Source: Rhodospirillales bacterium (lineage in GTDB: Bacteria > Pseudomonadota > Alphaproteobacteria > Bin95). Taken from it: 64,000 nucleotides of DNA. The translations under genes and the position numbers were made by a program. The stretch spans positions 704,001 through 768,000 of the forward strand of contig JAYQLI010000035.1 of assembly GCA_038143065.1 (NCBI GenBank), given 5' to 3'. The stretch's first letter is position 1. Each line of letters begins with the position of its first letter. The notes below the pieces were generated by a model. It ran no database searches. It saw only the letters and a list, made by a program, of their open reading frames with translations, and was not told the origin of the DNA. Of this stretch, positions 25,242 through 37,064 are shown one piece after another.

Positions 25242-25841
25242 ATGACACAAAAACTCTCAGTATATATTGATTACAAGAGCCCATATGCATTTCTAGCAAT
25301 GCAGCCAGCTCGCGAATTAGAGAAAGAACTTAGTCTACAAATTGACTGGTTACCGTACTCACTTCAGATCGATCAGTACCTGGGAGAAGTGGAGACCCGT
25401 AACGCACATCAGTGGAGAAGAGTAAAATACTCCTACATGGATGCTAGGCGACTAGCAAATGAGCAAGGCCTAATTGTAAGAGGCCCACAAAAGCTTTTTG
25501 ACAGTGCACTGGCTCACATTGGTCTGTTATTTACGAAAATAGCAGGGCCAGACATCCTGAATAGGTATCACGACATTGTTTTTGACGGGTTTTTTAAGCG
25601 TGAGCTAAACATAGAAAACCTATCTGAAGTGAAGAATGCAATAAATCACGCCGGAGCTAAAGTTAGTGAATTTGAAGAATTCCACGAAACGCAAGGGCGA
25701 AAACTCTTAGAACAAACAATTAAAGATGCAGAGGATCGACTTGGCATATTTGGCGTGCCAACATTTGTCATTGGAGATGAAATTTTTTGGGGTGGCGACC
25801 AAATAAATCGCGTACGACACTTCATTGAAAACTTCACCTGA
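25242..25841 (+). CDS. 2-hydroxychromene-2-carboxylate isomerase / DsbA-like (kappa GST) family protein
   Basis: YIDYKSPYA, YMDARRLAN, GIFGVPTFV..EIFWG. Confidence 0.85.
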   Translation: MTQKLSVYIDYKSPYAFLAMQPARELEKELSLQIDWLPYSLQIDQYLGEVETRNAHQWRRVKYSYMDARRLANEQGLIVRGPQKLFDSALAHIGLLFTKIAGPDILNRYHDIVFDGFFKRELNIENLSEVKNAINHAGAKVSEFEEFHETQGRKLLEQTIKDAEDRLGIFGVPTFVIGDEIFWGGDQINRVRHFIENFT

Positions 25842-25863
25842 TGCGGCATGAAGGAGATTAATT

Positions 25864-27252
25864 ATGGATGGACTGGTAAATTCACCTGCAGCACGCGACA
25901 AGGCCTACCTTGTCCACCCAATGACAAATCTCAAAAAGCATCTTGAAATTGGCCCAACAATTCTCAGTCACGGGAACGGTGTTCGTGTTTTTGATGACTC
26001 CGGAAAAGAATATATTGAGGGGATGGCTGGCCTCTGGTGCACCTCACTTGGGTATGGGGAAGAACGCCTAATCAAGGCAGCTACCGATCAGATGCGCAAG
26101 ATTGCCTATGTCCAACAGTTCAGACATATGAGTCATAATTCTGGAATTGATTTGGCTGAAAAGCTCGTATCACTTGCTCCAGCTGGGCTAACTAAAGCAT
26201 TTTTTGTCAACTCTGGTTCCGAAGCTAACGACAGCATTGTCAAGTTCGTGCGCTTCTACCAAAACGCCAAAGGCCGCCCAGAGAAAAAGAAAATCATTGC
26301 CCGGATGAAAGGGTATCACGGGACCACTTTAGTTGCAGCCAGTCTTTCCGGCCTGCCTCATATGCATGCCGCTTTCGATCTACCGATTACTGATGTGAAA
26401 CATACCTCTTGTCCCCACTTCTACCGATATGGCTTAGATGGCGAAACCGAAGAAGATTTTGCCACGCGTATGGCTGACGATCTTGAGGCTATGATTTTGG
26501 CCGAAGGACCCGATACTGTTGCTGCCTTTTTTGCCGAACCCGTCATGGGCGCTGGTGGGGTAATAGTCCCTCCAAGTACTTATTTCGACAAGATCCAAGC
26601 AATTCTTAAAAAGTATGAAATTCTTTTTGTAGCTGATGAAGTTATTTGTGGATTTGGCCGAACGGGAAATATGTTTGGAAGCCAGACCTATGATCTACAA
26701 CCTGATTTTGTAACTGTCGCTAAAGCACTTTCATCGGCTTATCTACCAATTGCTGGTGTACTTATGCGCGAAGAGGTTTTCCAAACTATAGCTGAACATG
26801 CTGGACAACTAGGCATTCTAGGCCACGGATACACGTATTCTGGCCACCCTGTTGCAAGTGCAGTCGCCCTAGAAACTCTAAAAATTTATGAAGAAATTGA
26901 TATTGTATCGCATGTACAAGACGTCTCAAAAACTTTCATGGACGAACTAATTTCTTTTGAGGCACATCCTTTGGTTGGTGAAAGTAGAGGAGTAGGTTTG
27001 GTCGGAGCAATAGAGCTCGTCACAGATAAGAAGACCAAAGCACCCATAGATATTAAGGGACCGGGACCGGATTATCTTTACAATAAAGTAATGGAGCATG
27101 GCCTTATCACACGACCTATCGGCAATTCGGTAGCTTTCTGTCCGCCCCTGATAATAGGTCACGATGATATACGAGAAATGTTTGGACGTTTCCGAAAAGC
27201 CTTAGATGAGACACTCGATTTTATGGTCCGAGATGGAAATATTACGGCGTAA
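25864..27252 (+). CDS. Class III (omega) PLP aminotransferase
   Basis: EGMAGLWC, SGSEAN, AEPVMGAGGV, ADEVICGFGRTG, AKALSS, HGYTYSGHP. Confidence 0.92.
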   Translation: MDGLVNSPAARDKAYLVHPMTNLKKHLEIGPTILSHGNGVRVFDDSGKEYIEGMAGLWCTSLGYGEERLIKAATDQMRKIAYVQQFRHMSHNSGIDLAEKLVSLAPAGLTKAFFVNSGSEANDSIVKFVRFYQNAKGRPEKKKIIARMKGYHGTTLVAASLSGLPHMHAAFDLPITDVKHTSCPHFYRYGLDGETEEDFATRMADDLEAMILAEGPDTVAAFFAEPVMGAGGVIVPPSTYFDKIQAILKKYEILFVADEVICGFGRTGNMFGSQTYDLQPDFVTVAKALSSAYLPIAGVLMREEVFQTIAEHAGQLGILGHGYTYSGHPVASAVALETLKIYEEIDIVSHVQDVSKTFMDELISFEAHPLVGESRGVGLVGAIELVTDKKTKAPIDIKGPGPDYLYNKVMEHGLITRPIGNSVAFCPPLIIGHDDIREMFGRFRKALDETLDFMVRDGNITA

Positions 27253-27529
27253 TGCAACCTTCCACATAGTCCCAAAAATGCCTCAGATCGGGAGTTGTCT
27301 TACCAGCTATTTTTGCTCTGTCATCCCAACGACGAAGTCTAACTGCATCTTTGCTGCCAGATTTTTGAATAAAACAATCAGCCTCATCTTGATCAAATCG
27401 GCCACCCTGTAGTTCTAGACTTCGCACTGATGCGAAAGATAAAGTGTCGAAATAGCTAGCCTCAGCAAAGCAAAGATACCGTTTTGCATCTACATGCAAA
27501 GCCACTGGCAAAACAACATCCTCTAGAAA
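27242..27529 (-). pseudogene. phnZ: C-terminal half of a PhnZ-like HD-domain phosphonate oxygenase
   Basis: FLEDVVLPVALHVDAKRYLC...YFDTLS.ASVRSLELQGG...AVRLRRWDDRAK...TPDL.HF; the N-terminal HD motif is absent. Confidence 0.7.
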
Positions 27530-27875
27530 TTAGTCCTAAGACGCCAACAAGAACGTTTGAAAGAACGCTCAATCTCTCAACTAAATTGAACTGCTGGAAA
27601 ATAACACCGATATGCCGTCTTACCTCCCGCGCATCAGGGGCAACTTTACCAGCCTGTTGCACCCGTTTACCGAGGACATCAATACGACACTGCCCATTCA
27701 CACGGTCGCCTTCAATGAGTCCGGCGATATGACGGATTAAAGTAGACTTACCCGAGCCAGAGGCTCCAATCAAAGCTACCATCTCACCAGGTTCGATGGT
27801 GAGACTAACCTGGTCTAATGCCTTCTTTGATTTTCCAAACGTTTTCGTGAGCGACTTAACAATGATTGCGGGCAT
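27522..27875 (-). pseudogene. phnC: N-terminal half of phosphonate ABC ATPase PhnC
   Basis: Walker A GASGSGKSTLIRHIAGL and IGVIFQQFNLVERLSVLSNVLVG; ends before the ABC signature and Walker B. Confidence 0.8.
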
Positions 27876-27935
27876 GCCAAAACCTCAATGTGACAATCGA
27901 CACCAAGGGTATGCGCGACCAACTAGGACTCTTTG

Positions 27936-27964
27936 GTTACAGAAACGTTAAGATCTTGTTACAC
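27936..27964 (-). promoter_or_regulatory. Triple Pho-box-like direct repeat (PhoB site)
   Basis: Minus strand GTGTAAC-aaga-TCTTAAC-gttt-CTGTAAC: 7+4 bp (11-bp) periodicity resembling CTGTCAT, 60-90 bp upstream of phnC. Confidence 0.65.
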
Positions 27965-28167
27965 ACGCAAAAGTTCTTTTAATAACGCCGAAACGTTTCA
28001 CTATCGCAGCCGCCTTATTTTGTTTCGATATTACTGCTGAACCGCACATCTTACGCGTGTTGGCACTTGCACCATTTGGCTACGCCGCCTATCACATGAC
28101 CGATCTAATTTTAGTTTCCCACTCCCTAAACCGAACCTAAACCTGCATTCTTAAAAAGATTTAAAAA

Positions 28168-29034
28168 ATGTCTGATCCAGCTACTCAAGCACTCCTAGAA
28201 CGTATCGCAAATGCTCTGGAACGCATCGCTCCTCCTGCTCCCGCTGAGTCAACAATGGAAGCAGCCGATGCCTTTGTCTGGCAGGCAGAAAACAGAAGCT
28301 TACTTCCTGTTAAATCTGTTGCCCGTGTTGAAATTGAACTTTTACGGGGAGTAGACAGGGTTCGTGATATTCTCCTTGATAACACCAATCGTTTTGCTAA
28401 AGGCCTTCCCGCTAACAATGCTTTGCTCTGGGGCTCCCGTGGCATGGGAAAAAGTTCACTCGTCAAAGCGGCTCACGCGGAAGTGAATAAAGACCGCAGT
28501 GATGTTAAGGACAGAGTTGCATTAATTGAAATACATCGCGAAGACATCGAGAGCTTGCCTTCCCTTCTTCGGATTATTGAGGAGAGCGGAAGAAGGTGCA
28601 TAGTTTTCTGCGATGACCTCTCCTTCGACAGTGGTGATGCTACTTATAAATCGTTGAAAGCAGTTCTTGATGGAGGAATTGAGGGACGGCCAGAAAATGT
28701 TCTTTTCTACGCTACCTCGAACCGGCGGCACCTAATGCCACGAGATATGATCGAGAATGAACGTGCAACAGCGATTAATCCAGGAGAAGCTGTCGAAGAA
28801 AAAGTGTCTTTATCCGACCGGTTTGGGCTTTGGCTTGGTTTTCATTCATGTAGCCAGGATGTTTTCCTGGAAATGATTGACGGTTATGCAAAGGCACTAA
28901 ACTTGCAAGTTCCCCAAGAAGAGTTGCGGCGGGATGCCTTAGAATGGGCAACCACTAGAGGTTCACGTTCAGGTCGCGTTGCATGGCAATTTATTCAAGA
29001 TCTCGCTGGTCGACACGGTCATCATTTAAATTAG
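28168..29034 (+). CDS. DUF815 family AAA+ ATPase
   Basis: ANNALLWGSRGMGKSS, FCDDLSF, ATSNRRHL, EEKVSLSDRFGL, SGRVAWQF. Confidence 0.92.
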   Translation: MSDPATQALLERIANALERIAPPAPAESTMEAADAFVWQAENRSLLPVKSVARVEIELLRGVDRVRDILLDNTNRFAKGLPANNALLWGSRGMGKSSLVKAAHAEVNKDRSDVKDRVALIEIHREDIESLPSLLRIIEESGRRCIVFCDDLSFDSGDATYKSLKAVLDGGIEGRPENVLFYATSNRRHLMPRDMIENERATAINPGEAVEEKVSLSDRFGLWLGFHSCSQDVFLEMIDGYAKALNLQVPQEELRRDALEWATTRGSRSGRVAWQFIQDLAGRHGHHLN

Positions 29035-29165
29035 CTTTTCCAAGAATAAAGCCTGAAACTATTAAACACCATAAATAGGTGACCTCAAGGCTTCGCGGGC
29101 TTGGCTATCCCCAAGCAGTTTCTTATGGTTGTGCGGCTTTAAGATTCGAGTGGAAAGTAAAAACA

Positions 29166-29750
29166 ATGACTATCGGACTTGATGTTCTGACCCTTGAAGC
29201 GGGACACGAGCAGTTAGACTGCGATAAAGACCGATTTTATTTCGTTCGACATGGACAAACAGCTGGCAATTTCAGCGGTATCGTTCAGGTCCCAACTATC
29301 CCTCTTGACGAAACAGGTACTGGCCAGGCCGAGGCCGCTAGTGCACTTTTAGCAGACCATCAGATCGATCTAGTAGTTGCTAGTCCTTTTAAGCGCGCTT
29401 ATGACACCGGCGTTGCAGTGGCCGGCAGTCGTCCTATGACAGTAAATCCCAATCTAGCAGAGCGCCTGTTTGGAGAATTCATGGGAACGCCATCCTCCGA
29501 ATTAGATTGGACTAAGTCTCCTGCCGGCGGCGAAAGTATGGCAGAGTTCCTACACCGGACCCGTACAGGCTTTACTCAAGCGCTATCGTGGCCAGGCGAA
29601 ATAGCAATTGTCGCCCACGGCGGAAATCTTCGCGTAATTGCCGCGGGCCTCAACGTACCGTTAACAGAAACTTCTGTAGGTAACGCCCACCCTCTCCTTT
29701 TTGAGCGGGTCTCAGGCAGCTGGCGTATGACAGAACTTGCGCTAGCCTAA
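29166..29750 (+). CDS. Histidine phosphatase family protein
   Basis: VRHGQT, SPFKRA, GGES, VAHGG. Confidence 0.88.
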   Translation: MTIGLDVLTLEAGHEQLDCDKDRFYFVRHGQTAGNFSGIVQVPTIPLDETGTGQAEAASALLADHQIDLVVASPFKRAYDTGVAVAGSRPMTVNPNLAERLFGEFMGTPSSELDWTKSPAGGESMAEFLHRTRTGFTQALSWPGEIAIVAHGGNLRVIAAGLNVPLTETSVGNAHPLLFERVSGSWRMTELALA

Positions 29751-29752
29751 CT

Positions 29753-30346
29753 CTAAGACTTTGTACTGAGCTCTTTTAAACGCTGCTGCATTTCTTCCAT
29801 TTGGCGCTGCAGCTCCTCAATGCCCCCTTCAGCATGTTTAGGTTCATTTTGCTGTTTAGGTTGTGGCTGCATTGCATTTGGCCAGAACGCTTTCATAGCC
29901 TGATCAAAAGCCGCGACGTTCCGTTTTGTCATTTCCTGCATCGCGTCCATTGACGCTCCCACAGGAAAAACACTTCCAAAGGTCCCTTCCATTGTTTTCC
30001 GAACATCATTCTGATGTTCTTCAAACCAAGAAGTCATGTGCTCGAGATATTGAGGCATCATCCAGCTCATACCGTCGCCATACATTGCTATCAGCTGTCT
30101 TAGGAATTTAATTGGCAATAAATTCCCATCGGCCTGCTCAGCCTCTACAAGGATCTGTGTTAGAACTGAACGAGTTAAATCTTCGCCGGTTTTTGCATCC
30201 AAAACAACGAAATCTATATCGTCTGCAATTAGAACTCTTAGATCATCTAGAGTGACGTAAGAGCTTGAATCCGTATTATATAGGCTGCGATTTGCTTATT
30301 TTTTTATAATTATTGGTGCATTTTGATCGCGCGATTGAGCTGCCAT
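29753..30346 (-). CDS. phaR: Polyhydroxyalkanoate synthesis repressor PhaR; in-frame TAA at 30296-30298
   Basis: IIIKK*ANRSLYNT.SSSYVTLDDL (family motif IKKYANRRLYNT), DAKTGEDLTRSVLTQI, LLPIKFLRQLI.MYGD. Confidence 0.85.
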
Positions 30347-30386
30347 CTTATCAACCTTTTCTGCTACGCTATAAGCGTCAACAGAA

Positions 30387-30398
30387 TGCTGCATCGCA
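30387..30398 (-). promoter_or_regulatory. PhaR box between phaR and the phaC-like gene
   Basis: Minus strand TGCGATGCAGCA, about 40 bp upstream of phaR. Confidence 0.65.
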
Positions 30399-30487
30399 AA
30401 AAGATGCTGCTTGGTCAAGTAAAACGCATCAAAACACTTCAGAGATTAGTTGACGCGGCCCATCATAATAGCGTTTTCATATAAATA

Positions 30488-31689
30488 ATGATTACAGAAA
30501 CAAACGATCGTCAGGGACCACGCCCTCTTGCGTTACACGCCTTTGCTGCTTGGCGCGCATATCTATTAGCAGCAACAATACCAAATGCCCCGGAGGGATC
30601 TGACCTAGAGTCCATCGTCATCGAAAAACTAGGCCACTCGCCAAACGAACGTCTAGCGCTTACTGCAGCAGTTTTGTCTGAAACCTGTAATAGATGGAGT
30701 GGTTTTTGGTCCGGGGTTGCTAAATATCGATCTCACGCTTTTAAGCGCCCTTCAGGGCATCAACAGATAGTTTGGCAGAATGGCCAAACATCGATTTTAG
30801 ACTTTGCTCCAGAGAGCAAGGGATCACCAATAATTGCCATTCCATCCCTCATCAACAATGCTGATGTCCTGGATCTTCTACCAGGGCGAAGTCTTATGCA
30901 GGCCTTAGCTGAGGCTGGGTTCAGGCCATTTCTTGTTTCCTGGGGAAATCCAGAGCCTGATGCAATGGATTGGCCAATTGATCGATATGTAAAAGATCGG
31001 CTTATTCCTGGTTTAACTCACATTTTGGAGTTAACAGGGAAGCCCCCATTTTGATGGGGTATTGCATGGGTGGCCTTTTAGCAGCAGCAATGGCGGCCAT
31101 CCGGCCCAATGAAACGAAGGGTTTGGCCCTGCTTGCAACACCGTGGAACTTCCACGCACCGTCTCCCAAGGTCGCCGCCTCAATATCTGATTTAAGCCCG
31201 TGGTTTGCCGAGGCCTCTGCTAAATCAGGCAGCGTTCCTACCGATATCATCCAGACACTTTTCATCGCCCTTGACCCCACTCTTGCTGCACGCAAGTTCA
31301 GACAATTTTCATCGCTCGATCAAACCTCAGACGAGGCACAACTTTTCATTGCAATGGAGGATTGGGTTAACAGTGGGCCCGATCTAGCTTGGCCTGTAGC
31401 TCAGACTGTGCTTGAAGACTGGTATGGTTCTAATTTACCCCATGAAGGTCTTTGGAAAGTTTGCGATAAGGTGATCTCACCTTCATCTATCTCTGGCCCC
31501 ATTTTGGTTGCATCACCATCAAATGATAGGATAGTTCCACCAATGAGCTCTAGAGCTTTTGCCCAAAGTGCAAACAATGCGAAACTACTTGATGTTCAAG
31601 CTGGCCATGTTGGTATGATTGTAGGAAGCCGCTCTAAAACGGGACTTTGGTCTCCATTAATCGAGTGGCTGAAGCATCAAACCGACTAA
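30488..31689 (+). CDS. PhaC-like poly(3-hydroxyalkanoate) synthase family alpha/beta hydrolase; frameshift near 31045
   Basis: IPSLIN...LDL.PGRS, lipase-like box GYCMGG, MEDWVN, DRIVP, GHVGM; lies between phaR and phaA. Confidence 0.75.
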
Positions 31690-31728
31690 CCACCATTGCA
31701 CTTCTAGTTAATTGGAACTAGATTTTTG

Positions 31729-31740
31729 TGCGCTGCAATA
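31729..31740 (+). promoter_or_regulatory. PhaR box upstream of phaA
   Basis: TGCGCTGCAATA (TGCRNYGCA core), 35 bp before the phaA start. Confidence 0.55.
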
Positions 31741-31774
31741 TAATTCTTTTTCATAGTCCACAATGGAGCCTGTG

Positions 31775-32950
<1,176 letters not shown>

Positions 32951-32960
32951 ACAAGATCTC

Positions 32961-33413
32961 ATGTCTAACGATCGGAGCTATCCAACAAGGCCTATAATAG
33001 GTGTAGGCGTCGTTGTCCTGCGAGGCGAAGAAGTTCTTCTTATTAAAAGGGGTAAACCGCCACGTATTGGGCAATGGAGTCTGCCTGGTGGCATGCAAGA
33101 ACTTGGAGAAACCGCAGCAGAGGCTGCGCACCGAGAAGTACTGGAAGAAACGGGCATTCAAATTAAGCTTGGCCAAGTACTAGATATAATCGACATCATC
33201 CGCCCTGATCATGATGGCCGGATTGAAACCCATTACACTCTAATCGATTACGCCGCTGAATATGCTTCCGGGATTCCCAGAGCTGGGGACGATGCACTTC
33301 ACGCAGAATTCGTAGCGCTTAGTAAAATTAAAGAACTGGGAATGTGGGAGGAAACAATCCGGGTGATTGAATTGGCATCAGTATTGAGCAACGAGAACCG
33401 TCACTTTGACTGA
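32961..33413 (+). CDS. NUDIX hydrolase
   Basis: Nudix box GGMQELGETAAEAAHREVLEETGI. Confidence 0.9.
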   Translation: MSNDRSYPTRPIIGVGVVVLRGEEVLLIKRGKPPRIGQWSLPGGMQELGETAAEAAHREVLEETGIQIKLGQVLDIIDIIRPDHDGRIETHYTLIDYAAEYASGIPRAGDDALHAEFVALSKIKELGMWEETIRVIELASVLSNENRHFD

Positions 33414-33530
33414 AACTATATAAAAGCAACTACACTACCAAACACATATCATTGACTTGTCCTTTGTCTTACCACTCGCAAAGCATGCTTGAATATTGGT
33501 GGGACAGTAACTTTGTCTTTCAATTATTTT

Positions 33531-33545
33531 TGTTATGTTATAACA
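33531..33545. promoter_or_regulatory. Zur box
   Basis: TGTTATGTTATAACA, a near-perfect Zur palindrome upstream of the zrgA-like gene. Confidence 0.85.
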
Positions 33546-33582
33546 TCCAATTGGAAGAAACGACGGTTTTCTGGGGCAATTG

Positions 33583-34195
33583 ATGCGCACACGAATTTTT
33601 TTATTAACGATAGCTTTACTAAGTATACATGCCGAGCAGGCTAGTGGAACAGATTACCGCTACGCCGATGCCCACCAGCACGGAAAAGGAATTTTGAATA
33701 TTGTCTTGGAAGGGAACACGCTTCTGATGGAGCTAGAGGCACCTGGAGCAGACATCATCGGATTTGAACACACAGCTAAGACAGCCACTGAAAAAAAAAG
33801 CAGTTAATCAGGCACTAGCATACCTGGAAGACCCACTGACTCTTTTCCGCATATCAAAGGAAGCAAACTGCAAATTAAAGGCCAGTAAATTGAACGTTGG
33901 AAAGCTTAGTGAGGAAACTGAAGGAAATCATGCTCATGAGCTGAGAGAACGAGAACATAGAGAAGAGCATGGCAAACACCACAACCACAAAGATGACGAA
34001 AGTCATAATGAGGTCCGAGCCCAATACACATTGAATTGCACAAACTTAAAGGCGCTTCGTTCAATAGACTTTCAGTATTTCAGTTACTTCAAGGCAGCCA
34101 AAATGCTGCAAGTAAATTTGATATCAAGTATTTCTCAAACTAGCTTCGAAGTTTATGATGAAAACCCAATCCTGAAAATTCGGGAAGGTATGTAG
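33583..34195 (+). CDS. zrgA: DUF2796/ZrgA-type periplasmic zinc-binding protein; frameshift in the A9 run at 33791-33799
   Basis: Signal peptide, AHQHG...ELEAPGADIIGFEH, His-rich insert, HNEVRAQYTLNC. Confidence 0.8.
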
Positions 34196-34217
34196 TAAAT
34201 ACTTTTTGTGTCACAAA

Positions 34218-34943
34218 ATGACTGATCAAAACGCTCAATATACCACTAGATGCGAGCCTGTAGTTGCTATCGAGAACCTTCAATTTAAATGGCAATCGAC
34301 TAGTCTATTTTCTCTAAACATACCTAACTTTAGAATTTATCGCGGAGAAAGCATCTTATTATTGGGCCCTTCCGGCTGCGGAAAATCAACACTATTGAAC
34401 ATGATTTGCGGCCTAGTAACACCGCAGCTTGGCTCGATTCACATCCTTGGTGAAAATATAAAGAGTATGTTTCCTCACCAACGAGATAGATTTCGCGCAG
34501 ACCATATCGGCGTAATATTCCAGATGTTCAATTTAATCTCTTTCAGCACAGCTATAGATAATGTCATATTACCACTATCCTTTAGCCCAAGACGGCGCGA
34601 GCGAGTTTTAGGCACCGACATTGAGGAGGCCAAACGCTTACTCACCAGCCTTGGAGTCGACGACAACCTTCTTAGAACACAGACTTCAAAGCTAAGCGTT
34701 GGCCAGCAGCAGAGAGTTGCTGCTGCTCGTGCTTTAATTGGGGAGCCTGAAATCATTGTTGCAGATGAGCCCACTTCTGCTCTTGATAGTTCACGGCGGG
34801 ACGAATTTTTAAGCCTTTTATTTAATCAAGCTTCCAGGGCAAACACGACAATAATCATGGTTAGTCATGACGAAACCAATCAGCATTGCTTTGACCGTGT
34901 TTTGAAAATGGAAGAATTGTTAGAAAAAGAGAACCAGTCTTGA
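34218..34943 (+). CDS. ABC transporter ATP-binding protein (ZrgB-like)
   Basis: GPSGCGKST, RDRFRADHIG.IFQMFNL, LSVGQQQRVAAARAL, ADEPTSALD. Confidence 0.88.
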   Translation: MTDQNAQYTTRCEPVVAIENLQFKWQSTSLFSLNIPNFRIYRGESILLLGPSGCGKSTLLNMICGLVTPQLGSIHILGENIKSMFPHQRDRFRADHIGVIFQMFNLISFSTAIDNVILPLSFSPRRRERVLGTDIEEAKRLLTSLGVDDNLLRTQTSKLSVGQQQRVAAARALIGEPEIIVADEPTSALDSSRRDEFLSLLFNQASRANTTIIMVSHDETNQHCFDRVLKMEELLEKENQS

Positions 34944-36202
34944 TTAAATTAAGACTATTAGCATCCTCAATTTACTCGCGGAAAATAACAGTACTGCTCA
35001 GCATTGCATCAATTTGCATTAGTGTTTCCCTAGTAATCGGCATTGAAAAACTTAGGACAAGTGCAAAGAAAAGCTTTACCAATACTATTTCCGCAACCGA
35101 CGTCATAGTTGGCGCTAGAAGCGGTAACATCCAACTCCTCCTTTACACTGTGTTTGGTATAGGAAATGCCACAAATAATATTACGTGGACTACCTACAAA
35201 GATATTTCTAAACGCCCCGAAGTTGAATGGGCCATTCCATTATCGCTAGGCGATAGCCACAAAGGCTTTCGCGTGCTTGGGACCACAAAGGAGTTTTTTG
35301 AACATTATCGGTATAGGCAAAAAAAGCCCTTGGCGTTCAAGTATGGTAAACCATTTGCCAAAACTCTAGACACGGTTATCGGGTCTGATGTTGCATCAAC
35401 GCTAGGTTACAACTTAGGTGATGCCATAGTCGTTTCACACGGTATTGGGAAAATTGAAACAAATCTTCACGATGATCAACCATTTACCGTGGTAGGCATA
35501 CTGCAGAAAACAGGAACGCCAGTAGATAAGACAGTACACGTTAGCCTCCAGTCAATTGAGGCAATACACAAAAATTGGAAAGGTGGTAGAAGGCTAAAAG
35601 CCCAAGACGCGCTTGGAGAAGTCCAAACTGAAACGAAATTTGTGCCCCGTGAAATAACAGGTGCTCTGGTCGGGTTGAAATCTAGAATTCAAATATTTCA
35701 GTTTCAAAGATATATAAACAATTATAGGCATGAAGCACTTTCCGCTATTTTGCCTGGTGTAGCACTTCAAGAACTCTGGTCACTCATTTCAACAGCCGAA
35801 ACTGCCTTAATAGCTATATCAACAATTGTCGTGATGACCTCATTTCTGGGGATGATTACAATGATATTAGCAACTTTGAATGAACGCCGCTGGGAAATGG
35901 CTATCTTAAGGGCTATTGGTGCAAGTCCTGCTGCAATTGCAGGGTTAATGATCGCAGAGGCATCTTTAATAATACTTGCAGGGATTATATCAGGATTTAC
36001 CCTTATTTATTCTGGATTGGTTGTATTCCGCTCGACAATTGACCAGATATCCGGGATCTATATTGATATTGGTTTCCCAACTGATACAGAACTTGTTGCT
36101 GTGATTGGGATTTTTATAATTGGTTGTCTGTGCTCGCTGATACCAGCTTGGCGCGCATACTTAATTTCAGTTACGAATGGATTTCACAGCCAAACGGGCT
36201 AA
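34940..36202 (+). CDS. MacB/FtsX-type ABC permease (ZrgC-like)
   Basis: VGARSGNIQLLLY.VF.IG, IPLSLGDSHKGFRVLGT, TGTPVD, LNERR.EMAILRAIGA. Confidence 0.88.
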   Translation: MIKLRLLASSIYSRKITVLLSIASICISVSLVIGIEKLRTSAKKSFTNTISATDVIVGARSGNIQLLLYTVFGIGNATNNITWTTYKDISKRPEVEWAIPLSLGDSHKGFRVLGTTKEFFEHYRYRQKKPLAFKYGKPFAKTLDTVIGSDVASTLGYNLGDAIVVSHGIGKIETNLHDDQPFTVVGILQKTGTPVDKTVHVSLQSIEAIHKNWKGGRRLKAQDALGEVQTETKFVPREITGALVGLKSRIQIFQFQRYINNYRHEALSAILPGVALQELWSLISTAETALIAISTIVVMTSFLGMITMILATLNERRWEMAILRAIGASPAAIAGLMIAEASLIILAGIISGFTLIYSGLVVFRSTIDQISGIYIDIGFPTDTELVAVIGIFIIGCLCSLIPAWRAYLISVTNGFHSQTG

Positions 36203-36215
36203 CCGATAATAATTA

Positions 36216-36962
36216 TTACTCGTAGGGGACTACAGTGGCATTGGGTATTTTGTATCCCGTCGGAACTTGCGCCTCACCGTCGACCAGCGCCAGCAAGGTT
36301 TGGTCATGCTGCGCATGTAATATTCCTGAAACCCAAACAGGAAAATATAGCTCAGTAGAAATCATCGGCTCACTTAGACTAACTTGAACAAGCTGATTTG
36401 GCGGCGGCGGTGGCACATGGATACAAGCTCCTACGTAAGGCACTAAAAGAAACTCCGTAACCCCAAGGTCCGCAAACTCAAGCGGCAAAAGATAGCCAGC
36501 AATCCTGATATTTGTTTTATTCAGAGAAATATTTAATTCGTTACCAAGCTGTTTTAAATCAGCATGGAATTGGCGGTAACGAGATATAAATCCACTTACA
36601 TCGACTCCTTTACTCAACAAACCCCGCTCATATTCAAGAGCCTCTTCGTACAAAGGATTCCCTGGGCCTATTTCACCATTCTTCTGAAGAATTCGTGAAC
36701 TGGCCACCAACTCTAGCTCATAAGCAACTACCGGATCTAATTCAGATAATGGATCGGTAGGTGGAGGCCTTGATGGCTGTAAATCCTGCCAGCCGATTGT
36801 TCTAGAGTCTCTGCTCTTAACAGCAAGGGATATGAATTGGCCACTAATAGTAATAAGCAAAGAAATCCAGTAAGTAGTGTGCGATTGGTCACGAAAAACA
36901 TTGCTCCCAACTATTATACAGAGCCTGCCAACCCATAACTCTGAAAGGTTTAAGCAAAACAC
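36216..36962 (-). CDS. DUF3299 (ZrgE-like) protein; true start uncertain
   Basis: IGWQDLQP, IAGYLLPLE, TEFLLVPYVGACIHVPPPPPNQLV. Confidence 0.85.
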   Translation of the reverse strand: MFCLNLSELWVGRLCIIVGSNVFRDQSHTTYWISLLITISGQFISLAVKSRDSRTIGWQDLQPSRPPPTDPLSELDPVVAYELELVASSRILQKNGEIGPGNPLYEEALEYERGLLSKGVDVSGFISRYRQFHADLKQLGNELNISLNKTNIRIAGYLLPLEFADLGVTEFLLVPYVGACIHVPPPPPNQLVQVSLSEPMISTELYFPVWVSGILHAQHDQTLLALVDGEAQVPTGYKIPNATVVPYE

Positions 36963-37064
36963 TTCGTATTAATATACTCAAATAAACTACAACTTATTTT
37001 TGGAACTAACAGCCCGTTTCTTTGCGACTTTTTCAAAGCCCCAACCTTTTGGAAGATCAATTTA

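Noticed and set aside
25864-27252. Aminotransferase as part of the phosphonate operon (PbfA/PhnW-like)
   Set aside because: It is convergent with the phn remnant, follows an unrelated gene, and looks like a generic omega-aminotransferase.
27990-27999. GAAACGTTTC palindrome as a LacI-type operator
   Set aside because: It is only 10 bp, with no LacI gene or sugar genes nearby, so it is compatible with chance.
33465-33506. Imperfect hairpin TGTCTTACCA/TGGTGGGACA upstream of the zrgA Zur box as a riboswitch
   Set aside because: It is a single stem upstream of the likely promoter, and the Zur box already explains regulation.
33791-33800. A9G run in zrgA as a programmed -1 ribosomal frameshift
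   Set aside because: Joining the two ORFs needs a +1 shift, not -1. A homopolymer overcall is the simpler explanation.
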